A DNA stretch of 64,000 nt from the human T2T-CHM13v2.0 reference genome, Homo sapiens: NCBI RefSeq assembly GCF_009914755.1, contig NC_060925.1; one strand, 5' to 3'. Below, piece after piece: positions 1 through 13,300 of the stretch; within the stretch, counting starts at the first letter, position 1, and every line of letters begins with the position of its first letter. The notes beneath the pieces were generated by a model. It worked only from the letters and a program-made list of their open reading frames with translations, had not been told where the DNA came from and made no database searches. The translations under genes and the position numbers were made by a program.

Positions 1-370
1 AGAATCGAATGGAACAATCATCGAATGGACTCAAATGGAATTATCCTCCAATGGAATCGAATGGAATTATCGAATGCAATCGAATGGAATTATCGAATGC
101 AATCGAATAGAATCATCGAATGGACTCGAATGGAATCATCGAATGGAATGGAATGGAACAGTCAATGAACTCGAATGGAATCATCATTGAATGGAATCGA
201 ATGGAATCATCGAGTGGAATCGAATGGAATTATGATCAAATGGAATCGAATGTAATCATCATCAAATGGAATCAAAAATAACCATCATCAATTGGTATTG
301 AATGGAATTGTCATCAAATGGAATTCAAAGGAATCATCATCAAATGGAACCGAATGGAATCCTCATTGAA

Positions 371-1306
371 TGGAAATGAAAGGGGTCATCATCTAATGGA
401 ATCGCATGGAATCATCATCAAATGGAATCGAATGGAATCATCATCAAATGGAATCTAATGGAATCATTGAACAGAATTGAATGGAATCGTCATCGAATGA
501 ATTGAATGCAATCATCGAATGGTCTCGAATGGAATCATCTTCTAATGGAAAGGAATGGAATCATCGCATAGAATCGAATGGAATTATCATCGAATGGAAT
601 CGAATGGTATCAACACCAAACGGAAAAAAACGGAATTATCGAATGGAATCGAAGAGAATCTTCGAACGGACCCGAATGGAATCATCTAATGGAATGGAAT
701 GGAATAATCCATGGACTCGAATGCAATCATCATCGAATGGAATGGAATGGAATCATCGAATGGACTCGAATGGAATAATCATTGAACGGAATCGAATGGA
801 ATCATCATCGGATGGAAACGAATGGAATCATCATCGAATGGAAATGAAAGGAGTCATCATCTAATGGAATTGCATGGAATCATCATCAAATGGAATCGAA
901 TGGAATCAACATCAAATGGAATCAAATGGAATCATTGAACGGAATTGAATGGAATCGTCATCGAATGAATTGACTGCAATCATCGAATGGTCTCGAATGG
1001 AATCATCTTCAAATGGAATGGAATGGAATCATCGCATAGAATCGAATGGAATTATCATCGAATGGAATCGAATGGAATCAACATCAAACGGAAAAAAACG
1101 GAATTATCGAATGGAATCGAAGAGAATCATCGAATGGACCCGAATGGAATCATCTAATGGAATGGAATGGAATAATCCATGGACTCGAATGCAATCATCA
1201 TCGAATGGAATCGAATGGAATCATCGAATGGACTCGAATGGAATAATCATTGAACGGAATCGAATGGAATCATCATCGGATGGAAATGAATGGAATCATC
1301 ATCGAA
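371..1306 (+). repeat. Internal diverged dimer of 468-bp modules (A 371-838, B 839-1306), present in every standard unit
   Basis: TGGAAATGAAAGGGGTCATC at 371 and TGGAAATGAAAGGAGTCATC at 839; paired ORFs at 481 and 949 are 468 bp apart. Diagnostic A/B differences: TTGAATGC/TTGACTGC, TTCTAATGGAAAGG/TTCAAATGGAATGG, GTATCAACACC/GAATCAACATC, AATCTTCGAACGG/AATCATCGAATGG, GGAAACGAA/GGAAATGAA. Confidence 0.95.
456..466 (+). promoter_or_regulatory. DUX4-like double-homeodomain motif TAATGGAATCA (representative; second copy at 1389-1399, repeated per unit)
   Basis: Matches the TAAYBBAATCA DUX4 consensus, and DUX4 is known to bind and induce HSATII transcription. This is a motif match only, with no occupancy evidence. 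Confidence 0.4.
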
Positions 1307-4300
1307 TGGAATCGAATAGAATTATGGAATGAAATCCAGTGTGATCATCATCGAATGGACCCGAATGGAATCATCATCCAACGGAAGCTAATGGAATCAA
1401 CATCGAATGAATCGAATGGAAACACCATCGAATTGAAACGAATGGAATTATCATGAAATTGAAATGGATGGACTCATCATCGAATGGATTCGAATGGAAT
1501 CATCGAATAAAATTGATTGAAATCATCATCAAATGGAATCGAATGGTATCATTGAATGGAATCGAATGGAATCATCATCAGATGGAAATGAATGGAATCG
1601 TCATAGAATGGAATCGAATGGATTCATTGAATGGAATCAGATGGAATCATCGAATGGACTGGAATGGAATCATTGAAGGGACTCGAAAGGGATCATTATT
1701 GAATGGAATTGAATGGAATCATCGAATGGTCTCGATTGGAATCATTATCAAATGGAATCGAATGGAATCACCGAATAGAATCGAATGGAACAATCATCGA
1801 ATGGACTCAAATGGAATTATCCTCCAATGGTATCGAATGGAATTATCGAATGCAATCGAATGGAATTATCGAATGCAATCGAATAGAATCATCGAATGGA
1901 CTCGAATGGAATCATCGAATGGAATGGAATGGAACAGTCAATGAACTCGAATGGAATCATCATTGAATGGAATCGAATGGAATCATCGAGTGGAATCGAA
2001 TGGAATTATGATCAAATGGAATCGAATGTAATCCTCATCAAATGGAATCAAAAATAGCCATCATCAATTGGTATTGAATGGAATTGTCATCAAATGGAAT
2101 TCAAAGGAATCATCAAATGGAACCGAATGGAATCCTCATTGAATGGAAATGAAAGGGGTCATCATCTAATGGAATCGCATGGAATCATCATCAAATGGAA
2201 TCGAATGGAATCATCATCAAATGGAATCTAATGGAATCATTGAACAGAATTGAATGGAATCCTCATCGAATGAATTGAATGCAATCATCGAATGGTCTCG
2301 AATGGAATCATCTTCTAATGGAAAGGAATGGAATCATCGCATAGAATCGAATGGAATTATCATCGAATGGAATTGAATGGTATCAACACCAAACGGAAAA
2401 AAACGGAATTATCGAATGGAATCGAAGAGAATCTTCGAACGGACCCGAATGGAATCATCTAATGGAATGGAATGGAATAATCCATGGACTCGAATGCAAT
2501 CATCATCGAATGGAATCGAATGGAATCATCGAATGGACTCGAATGGAATAATCATTGAACGGAAACGAATGGAATCATTATCAGATGGAAACGAATGGAA
2601 TCATCATCGAATGGAAATGAAAGGAGTCATCATCTAATGGAATTGCATGGAATCATCATAAAATGGAATCGAATGGAATCAACATCAAATGGAATCAAAT
2701 GGAATCATTGAACGGAATTGAATGGAATCGTCATCGAATGAATTGACTGCAATCATCGAATGGTCTCGAATGGAATCATCTTCAAATGGAATGGAATGGA
2801 ATCATCGCATAGAATCGAATGGAATTATCATCGAATGGAATCGAATGGAATCAACATCAAACGGAAAAAAACAGAATTATCGTATGGAATCGAAGAGAAT
2901 CATCGAATGGACCCGAATGGAATCATCTAATGGAATGGAATGGAATAATCCATGGACTCGAATGCAATCATCATCGAATGGAATCGAATGGAATCATCAA
3001 ATGGACTCGAATGGAATAATCATTGAACGGAATCGAATGGAATCATCATCGGATGGAAATGAATGGAATCATCATCGAATGGAATCGAATAGAATTATGG
3101 AATGAAATCCAGTGTGATCATCATCGAATGGACCCGAATGGAATCATCATCCAACGGAAGCTAATGGAATCAACATCGAATGAATCGAATGGAAACACCA
3201 TCGAATTGAAACGAATGGAATTATCTTGAAATTGAAATGGATGGACTCATCATCGAATGGATTCGAATGGAATCATCGAATAAAATTGATTGAAATCATC
3301 ATCCAATGGAATCGAATGGTATCATTGAATGGAATCGAATGGAATCATCATCAGATGGAAATGAATGGAATCGTCATAGAATGGAATCGAATGGATTCAT
3401 TGAATGGAATCAGATGGAATCATCGAATGGACTGGAATGGAATCATTGAATGGACTCGAAAGGGATCATGATTGAATGGAATTGAATGGAATCATCGAAT
3501 GGTCTCGATTGGAATCATTATCAAATGGAATCGAATGGAATCACCGAATAGAATCGAATGGAACAATCATCGAATGGACTCAAATGGAATTATCCTCCAA
3601 TGGAATCGAATGGAATTATCGAATGCAATCGAATGGAATTATCGAATGCAATCGAATAGAATCATCGAATGGACTCGAATGGAATCATCGAATGGAATGG
3701 AATGGAACAGTCAATGAACTCGAATGGAATCATCATTGAATGGAATCCAATGGAATCATCGAGTGGAATCGAATGGAATTATGATCAAATGGAATCGAAT
3801 GTAATCATCATCAAATGGAATCAAAAATAACCATCATCAATTGGTATTGAATGGAATTGTCATCAAATGGAATTCAAAGGAATCATCATCAAATGGAACC
3901 GAATGGAATCCTCATTGAATGGAAATGAAAGGGGTCATCATCTTATGGAATCGCATGGAATCATCATCAAATGGAATCGAATGGAATCATCATCAAATGG
4001 AATCTAATGGAATCATTGAACAGAATTGAATGGAATCGTCATCGAATGAATTGAATGCAATCATCGAATGGTCTCGAATGGAATCATCTTCTAATGGAAA
4101 GGAATGGAATCATCGCATAGAATCGAATGGAATTATCATCGAATGGAATCGAATGGTATCAACACCAAACGGAAAAAAACGGAATTATCGAATGGAATCG
4201 AAGAGAATCTTCGAACGGACCCGAATGGAATCATCTAATGGAATGGAATGGAATAATCCATGGACTCGAATGCAATCATCATCGAATGGAATGGAATGGA

Positions 4301-7300
4301 ATCATCGAATGGACTCGAATGGAATAATCATTGAACGGAATCGAATGGAATCATCATCGGATGGAAACGAATGGAATCATCATCGAATGGAAATGAAAGG
4401 AGTCATCATCTAATGGAATTGCATGGAATCATCATAAAATGGAATCGAATGGAATCAACATCAAATGGAATCAAATGGAATCATTGAACGGAATTGAATG
4501 GAATCGTCATCGAATGAATTGACTGCAATCATCGAATGGTCTCGAATGGAATCATCTTCAAATGGAATGGAATGGAATCATCGCATAGAATCGAATGGAA
4601 TTATCATCGAATGGAATCGAATGGAATCAACATCAAACGGAAAAAAACGGAATTATCGAATGGAATCGAAGAGAATCATCGAATGGACCCGAATGGAATC
4701 ATCTAATGGAATGGAATGGAATAATCCATGGACTCGAATGCAATCATCATCCAATGGAATCGAATGGAATCATCGAATGGACTCGAATGGAATAATCATT
4801 GAACGGAAACGAATGGAATCATCATCGGATGGAAATGAATGGAATCATCATCGAATGGAATCGAATAGAATTATGGAATGAAATCCAGTGTGATCATCAT
4901 CGAATGGACCCGAATGGAATCATCATCCAACGGAAGCTAATGGAATCAACATTGAATGAATCAAATGGAAACACCATCGAATTGAAACGAATGGAATTAT
5001 CATGAAATTGAAATGGATGGACTCATCATCGAATGGATTCGAATGGAATCATCGAATAAAATTGATTGAAATCATCATCGAATGGAATCGAATGGTATCA
5101 TTGAATGAAATCGAATGGAATCATCATCAGATGGAAATGAATGGAATCGTCATAGAATGGAATCGAATGGATTCATTGAATGGAATCAGATGGAATCATC
5201 GAATGGACTGGAATGGAATCATTGAATGGACTCGAAAGGGATCATGATTGAATGGAATTGAATGGAATCATCGAATGGTCTCGATTGGAATCATTATCAA
5301 ATGGAATCGAATGGAATCACCGAATAGAATCGAATGGAACAATCATCGAATGGACTCAAATGGAATTATCCTCCAATGGAATCGAATGGAATTATCAAAT
5401 GCAATCGAATGGAATTATCGAATGCAATTGAATAGAATCATCGAATGGACTCGAATGGAATCATCGAATGGAATGGAATGGAACAGTCAATGAACTCGAA
5501 TGGAATCATCATTGAATGGAATCGAATGGAATCATCGAGTGGAATCGAATGGAATTATGATCAAATGGAATCGAATGTAATCATCACCAAATGGAATCAA
5601 AAATAACCATCATCAATTGGTATTGAATGGAATTGTCATCAAATGGAATTCAAAGGAATCATCATCAAATGGAACCGAATGGAATCCTCATTGAATGGAA
5701 ATGAAAGGGGTCATCATCTAATGGAAACACATGGAATCATCATCAAATGGAATCGAATGGAATCATCATCAAATGGAATCTAATGGAATCATTGAACAGA
5801 ATTGAATGGAATCGTCATCGAATGAATTGAATGCAATCATCGAATGGTCTCGAATGGAATCATCTTCTAATGGAAAGGAATGGAATCATCGCATAGAATC
5901 GAATGGAATTATCATCGAATGGAATCGAATGGTATCAACACCAAACGGAAAAAAACGGAATTATCGAATGGAATCGAAGAGAATCTTCGAACGGACCCGA
6001 ATGGAATCATCTAATGGAATGGAATGGAATAATCCATGGACTCGAATGCAATCATCATCGAATGGAATCGAATGGAATCATCGAATGGACTCGAATGGAA
6101 TAATCATTGAACGGAATCGATTGGAATCATCATCGGATGGAAACGAATGGAATCATCATCGAATGGAAATGAAAGGAGTCATCATCTAATGGAATTGCAT
6201 GGAATCATCATAAAATGGAATCGAATGGAATCAACATCAAATGGAATCAAATGGAATCATTGAACGGAATTGAATGGAATCGTCATCGAATGAATTGACT
6301 GCAATCATCCAATGGTCTCGAATGGAATCATCTTCAAATGGAATGGAATGGAATCATCGCATAGAATCGAATGGAATTATCATCGAATGGAATCGAATGG
6401 AATCATCATCCAACGGAAAAAAACGGAATTATCGTATGGAATCGAAGAGAATCATCGAATGGACCCGAATGGAATCATCTAATGGAATGGAATGGAATAA
6501 TCCATGGACTCGAATGCAATCATCATCGAATGGAATCGAATGGAATCATCGAATGGACTCGAATGGAATAATCATTGAACGGAATCGAATGGAATCATCA
6601 TCGGATGGAAATGAATGGAATCATCATCGAATGGAATCGAATAGAATTATGGAATGAAATCCAGTGTGATCATCATCGAATGGACCCGAATGGAATCATC
6701 ATCCAACGGAAGCTAATGGAATCAACATCGAATGAATCGAATGGAAACACCATCGAATTGAAACGAATGGAATTATCATGAAATTGAAATGGATGGACTC
6801 ATCATCGAATGGATTCGAATGGAATCATCGAATAAAATTGATTGAAATCATCATCAAATGGAATCGAATGGTATCATTGAATGGAATCGAATGGAATCAT
6901 CATCAGATGGAAATGAATGGAATCGTCATAGAATGGAATCGAATGGATTCATTGAATGGAATCAGATGGAATCATCGAATGGACTGGAATGGAATCATTG
7001 AATGGACTCGAAAGGGATCATGATTGAATGGAATTGAATGGAATCATCGAATGGTCTCGATTGGAATCATTATCAAATGGAATCGAATGGAATCACCGAA
7101 TAGAATCGAATGGAACAATCATCGAATGGACTCAAATGGAATTATCCTTAAATGGAATCGAATGCAATTATCGAATGCAATCGAATAGAATCATCGAATG
7201 GACTCGAATGGAATCATCGAATGGAATGGAATGGAACAGTCAATGAACTCGAATGGAATCATCATTGAATGGAATCGAATGGAATCATCGAGTGGAATCG

Positions 7301-10300
7301 AATGGAATTATGATCAAATGGAATCGAATGTAATCCTCATCAAATGGAATCAAAAATAACCATCATCAATTGGTATTGAATGGAATTGTCATCAAATGGA
7401 ATTCAAAGGAATCATCATCAAATGGAACCGAATGGAATCCTCATTGAATGGAAATGAAAGGGGTCATCATCTAATGGAATCGCATGGAATCATCATCAAA
7501 TGGAATCGAATGGAATCATCATCAAATGGAATCTAATGGAATCATTGAACAGAATTGAATGGAATCGTCATCGAATGAATTGAATGCAATCATCGAATGG
7601 TCTCGAATGGAATCATCTTCTAATGGAAAGGAATGGAATCATCGCATAGAATCGAATGGAATTATCATCGAATGGAATCGAATGGTATCAACACCAAACG
7701 GAAAAAAACGGAATTATCGAATGGAATCGAAGAGAATCTTCGAACGGACCCGAATGGAATCATCTAATGGAATGGAATGGAATAATCCATGGACTGGAAT
7801 GCAATCATCATCGAATGGAATGGAATGGAATCATCGAATGGACTCGAATGGAATAATCATTGAACGGAATCGAATGGAATCATCATCGGATGGAAACGAA
7901 TGGAATCATCATCGAATGGAAATGAAAGGAGTCATCATCTAATGGAATTGCATGGAATCATCATAAAATGGAATCGAATGGAATCAACATCAAATGGAAT
8001 CTAATGGAATCATTGAACGGAATTGAATGGAATCGTCATCGAATGAATTGACTGCAATCATCGAATGGTCTCGAATGGAATCATCTTCAAATGGAATGGA
8101 ATGGAATCATCGCATAGAATCGAATGGAATTATCATCGAATGGAATCGAATGGAATCAACATCAAACGGAAAAAAACAGAATTATCGTATGGAATCGAAG
8201 AGAATCATCGAATGGACCCGAATGGAATCATCTAATGGAATGGAATGGAATAATCCATGGACTCGAATGCAATCATCATCGAATGGAATCGAATGGAATC
8301 ATCGAATGGACTCGAATGGAATAATCATTGAACGGAATCGAATGGAATCATCATCGGATGGAAATGAATGGAATCATCATCGAATGGAATCGAATAGAAT
8401 TATGGAATGAAATCCAGTGTGATCATCATCGAATGGACCCGAATGGAATCATCATCCAACGGAAGCTAATGGAATCAACATCGAATGAATCGAATGGAAA
8501 CACCATCGAATTGAAACGAATGGAATTATCATGAAATTGAAATGGATGGACTCATCATCGAATGGATTCGAATGGAATCATCGAATAAAATTGATTGAAA
8601 TCATCATCCAATGGAATCGAATGGTATCATTGAATGGAATCGAATGGAATCATCATCAGATGGAAATGAAAGGAATCGTCATAGAATGGAATCGAATGGA
8701 TTCATTGAATGGAATCAGATGGAATCATCGAATGGACTGGAATGGAATCATTGAATGGACTCGAAAGGGATCATGATTGAATGGAATTGAATGGAATCAT
8801 CGAATGGTCTCGATTGGAATCATTATCAAATGGAATCGAATGGAATCACCGAATAGAATCGAATGGAACAATCATCGAATGGACTCAAATGGAATTATCC
8901 TCAAATGGAATCGAATGGAATTATCGAATGCAATCGAATGGAATTATCGAATGCAATCGAATAGAATCATCGAAAGGACTCGAATGCAATCATCGAATGG
9001 AATGGAATGGAACAGTCAATGAACTCGAATGGAATCATCATTGAATGGAATCGAATGGAATCATCGAGTGGAATCGAATGGAATTATGATCAAATGGAAT
9101 CGAATGTAATCATCATCAAATGGAATCAAAAATAACCATCATCAATTGGTATTGAATGGAATTGTCATCAAATGGAATTCAAAGGAATCATCATCAAATG
9201 GAACCGAATGGAATCCTCATTGAATGGAAATGAAAGGGGTCATCATCTAATGGAATCGCATGGAATCATCATCAAATGGAATCGAATGGAATCATCATCA
9301 AATGGAATCTAATGGAATCATTGAACAGAATTGAATGGAATCGTCATCGAATGAATTGAATGCAATCATCGAATGGTCTCGAATGGAATCATCTTCTAAT
9401 GGAAAGGAATGGAATCATCGCATAGAATCGAATGGAATTATCAGCGAATGGAATCGAATGGTATCAACACCAAACGGAAAAAAACGGAATTATCGAATGG
9501 AATCGAAGAGAATCTTCGAACGGACCCGAATGGAATCATCTAATGGAATGGAATGGAATAATCCATGGACTCGAATGCAATCATCATCGAATGGAATGGA
9601 ATGGTATCATCGAATGGACTCGAATGGAATAATCATTGAACGGAATCGAATGGAATCATCATCGGATGGAAACGAATGGAATCATCATCGAATGGAAATG
9701 AAAGGAGTCATCATCTAATGGAATTGCATGGAATCATCATAAAATGGAATCGAATGGAATCAACATCAAATGGAATCAAATGGAATCATTGAACGGAATT
9801 GAATGGAATCGTCATCGAATGAATTGACTGCAATCATCCAATGGTCTCGAATGGAATCATCTTCAAATGGAATGGAATGGAATCATCGCATAGAATCGAA
9901 TGGAATTATCATCGAATGGAATCGAATGGAATCAACATCAAACGGAAAAAAACGGAATTATCGAATGGAATCGAAGAGAATCATCGAATGGACCCGAATG
10001 GAATCATCTAATGGAATGGAATGGAATAATCCATGGACTCGAATCCAATCATCATCGAATGGAATCGAATGGAATCATCGAATGGACTCGAATGGAATAA
10101 TCATTGAACGGAATCGAATGGAATCATCATCGGATGGAAATGAATGGAATCATCATCGAATGGAATCGAATAGAATTATGGAATGAAATCCAGTGTGATC
10201 ATCATCGAATGGACCCGAATGGAATCATCATCCAACGGAAGCTAATGGAATCAACATCGAATGAATCGAATGGAAACACCATCGAATTGAAACGAATGGA

Positions 10301-10343
10301 ATTATCATGAAATTGAAATGGATGGACTCATCATCGAATGGAT

Positions 10344-13300
10344 TCGAATGGAATCATCGAATAAAATTGATTGAAATCATCATCGAATGGAATCGAATGG
10401 TATCATTGAATGGAATCGAATGGAATCATCATCAGATGGAAATGAATGGAATCGTCATAGAATGGAATCGAATGGATTCATTGAATGGAATCAGATGGAA
10501 TCATCGAATGGACTGGAATGGAATCATTGATGGGACTCGAAAGGGATCATTATTGAATGGAATTGAATGGAATCATCGAATGGTCTCGATTGGAATCATT
10601 ATCAAATGGAATCGAATGGAATCACCGAATAGAATCGAATGGAACAATCATCGAATGGACTCAAATGGAATTATCCTCCAATGGAATCGAATGGAATTAT
10701 CGAATGCAATCGAATGGAATTATCGAATGCAATCGAATAGAATCATCGAATGGACTCGAATGGAATCATCGAATGGAATGGAATGGAACAGTCAATGAAC
10801 TCGAATGGAATCATCATTGAATGGAATCCAATGGAATCATCGAGTGGAATCGAATGGAATTATGATCAAATGGAATCGAATGTAATCATCATCAAATGGA
10901 ATCAAAAATAACCATCATCAATTGGTATTGAATGGAATTGTCATCAAATGGAATTCAAAGGAATCATCATCAAATGGAACCGAATGGAATCCTCATTGAA
11001 TGGAAATGAAAGGGGTCATCATCTAATGGAATCGCATGGAATCATCATCAAATGGAATCGAATGGAATCATCATCAAATGGAATCTAATGGAATCATTGA
11101 ACAGAATTGAATGGAATCGTCATCGAATGAATTGAATGCAATCATCGAATGGTCTCGAATGGAATCATCTTCTAATGGAAAGGAATGGAATCATCGCATA
11201 GAATCGAATGGAATTATCATCGAATGGAATCGAATGGTATCAACACCAAACGGAAAAAAACGGAATTATCGAATGGAATCGAAGAGAATCTTCGAACGGA
11301 CCCGAATGGAATCATCTAATGGAATGGAATGGAATAATCCATGGACTCGAATGCAATCATCATCGAATGGAATGGAATGGAATCATCGAATGGACTCGAA
11401 TGGAATAATCATTGAACGGAATCGAATGGAATCATCATCGGATGGAAACGAATGGAATCATCATCGAATGGAAATGAAAGGAGTCATCATCTAATGGAAT
11501 TGCATGGAATCATCATAAAATGGAATCGAATGGAATCAACATCAAATGGAATCAAATGGAATCATTGAACGGAATTGAATGGAATCGTCATCGAATGAAT
11601 TGACTGCAATCATCCAATGGTCTCGAATGGAATCATCTTCAAATGGAATGGAATGGAATCATCGCATAGAATCGAATGGAATTATCATCGAATGGAATCG
11701 AATGGAATCAACATCAAACGGAAAAAAACGGAATTATCGAATGGAATCGAAGAGAATCATCGAATGGACCCGAATGGAATCATCTAATGGAATGGAATGG
11801 AATAATCCATGGACTCGAATGCAATCATCATCGAATGGAATCGAATGGAATCATCGAATGGACTCGAATGGAATAATCATTGAACGGAATCGAATGGAAT
11901 CATCATCGGATGGAAATGAATGGAATCATCATCGAATGGAATCGAATAGAATTATGGAATGAAATCCAGTGTGATCATCATCGAATGGACCCGAATGGAA
12001 TCATCATCCAACGGAAGCTAATGGAATCAACATCGAATGAATCGAATGGAAACACCATCGAATTGAAACGAATGGAATTATCATGAAATTGAAATGGATG
12101 GACTCATCATCAAATGGATTCGAATGGAATCATGGAATAAAATTGATTGAAATCATCATCCAATGGAATCGAATGGTATCATTGAATGGAATCGAATGGA
12201 ATCATCATCAGATGGAAATGAATGGAATCGTCATAGAATGGAATCGAATGGATTCATTGAATGGAATCAGATGGAATCATCGAATGGACTGGAATGGAAT
12301 CATTGAATGGACTCGAAAGGGATCATTATTGAATGGAATTGAATGGAATCATCGAATGGTCTCGATTGGAATCATTATCAAATGGAATCGAATGGAATCA
12401 CCGAATAGAATCGAATGGAACAATCATCGAATGGACTCAAATGGAATTATCCTCCAATGGAATCGAATGGAATTATCGAATGCAATCGAATGGAATTATC
12501 GAATGCAATCGAATAGAATCATCGAATGGACTCGAATGGAATCATCGAATGGAATGGAATGGAACAGTCAATGAACTCGAATGGAATCATCATTGAATGG
12601 AATCGAATGGAATCATCGAGTGGAATCGAATGGAATTATGATCAAATGGAATCGAATGTAATCATCATCAAATGGAATCAAAAATAACCATCATCAATTG
12701 GTATTGAATGGAATTGTCATCAAATGGAATTCAAAGGAATCATCATCAAATGGAACCGAATGGAATCCTCATTGAATGGAAATGAAAGGGGTCATCATCT
12801 AATGGAATCGCATGGAATCATCATCAAATGGAATCGAATGGAATCATCATCAAATGGAATCTAATGGAATCATTGAACAGAATTGAATGGAATCGTCATC
12901 GAATGAATTGAATGCAATCATCGAATGGTCTCGAATGGAATCATCTTCTAATGGAAAGGAATGGAATCATCGCATAGAATCGAATGGAATTATCAGCGAA
13001 TGGAATCGAATGGTATCAACACCAAACGGAAAAAAACGGAATTATCGAATGGAATCGAAGAGAATCTTCGAACGGACCCGAATGGAATCATCTAATGGAA
13101 TGGAATGGAATAATCCATGGACTCGAATGCAATCATCATCGAATGGAATCGAATGGAATCATCGAATGGACTCGAATGGAATAATCATTGAACGGAATCG
13201 ATTGGAATCATCATCGGATGGAAACGAATGGAATCATCATCGAATGGAAATGAAAGGAGTCATCATCTAATGGAATTGCATGGAATCATCATAAAATGGA

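Larger units (their letters stand above)
321..2096 (+). repeat. Representative 1,776-bp higher-order unit (EcoRI to EcoRI), consistent with the chr1q12 ~1.77-kb HSat2 unit (D1Z1/pUC1.77-type, HSat2A2)
   Basis: One GAATTC per unit (321, 2097, 3870...). Equivalent ORF starts recur at 1,776-bp spacing, e.g. 7559, 9335, 11111, 12887, 14663, 16439 and 45995 through 61979; about 34 unit starts in the window. The chr1 assignment rests on the known 1.77-kb EcoRI periodicity, not on an alignment. Confidence 0.85.

Noticed and set aside
621-634. CGGAAAAAAACGG A-tract as a retroelement poly(A) remnant or terminator
   Set aside because: It is only ~7 A long, is a fixed part of every 468-bp module, and has no element body, target-site duplication or hairpin.
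371-838. 468 = 18 x 26 and 483 = 21 x 23 as evidence of pure monomer multiples
   Set aside because: The modules mix 23-mers, 26-mers and irregular pentamer runs, so the exact divisibility is probably coincidental.
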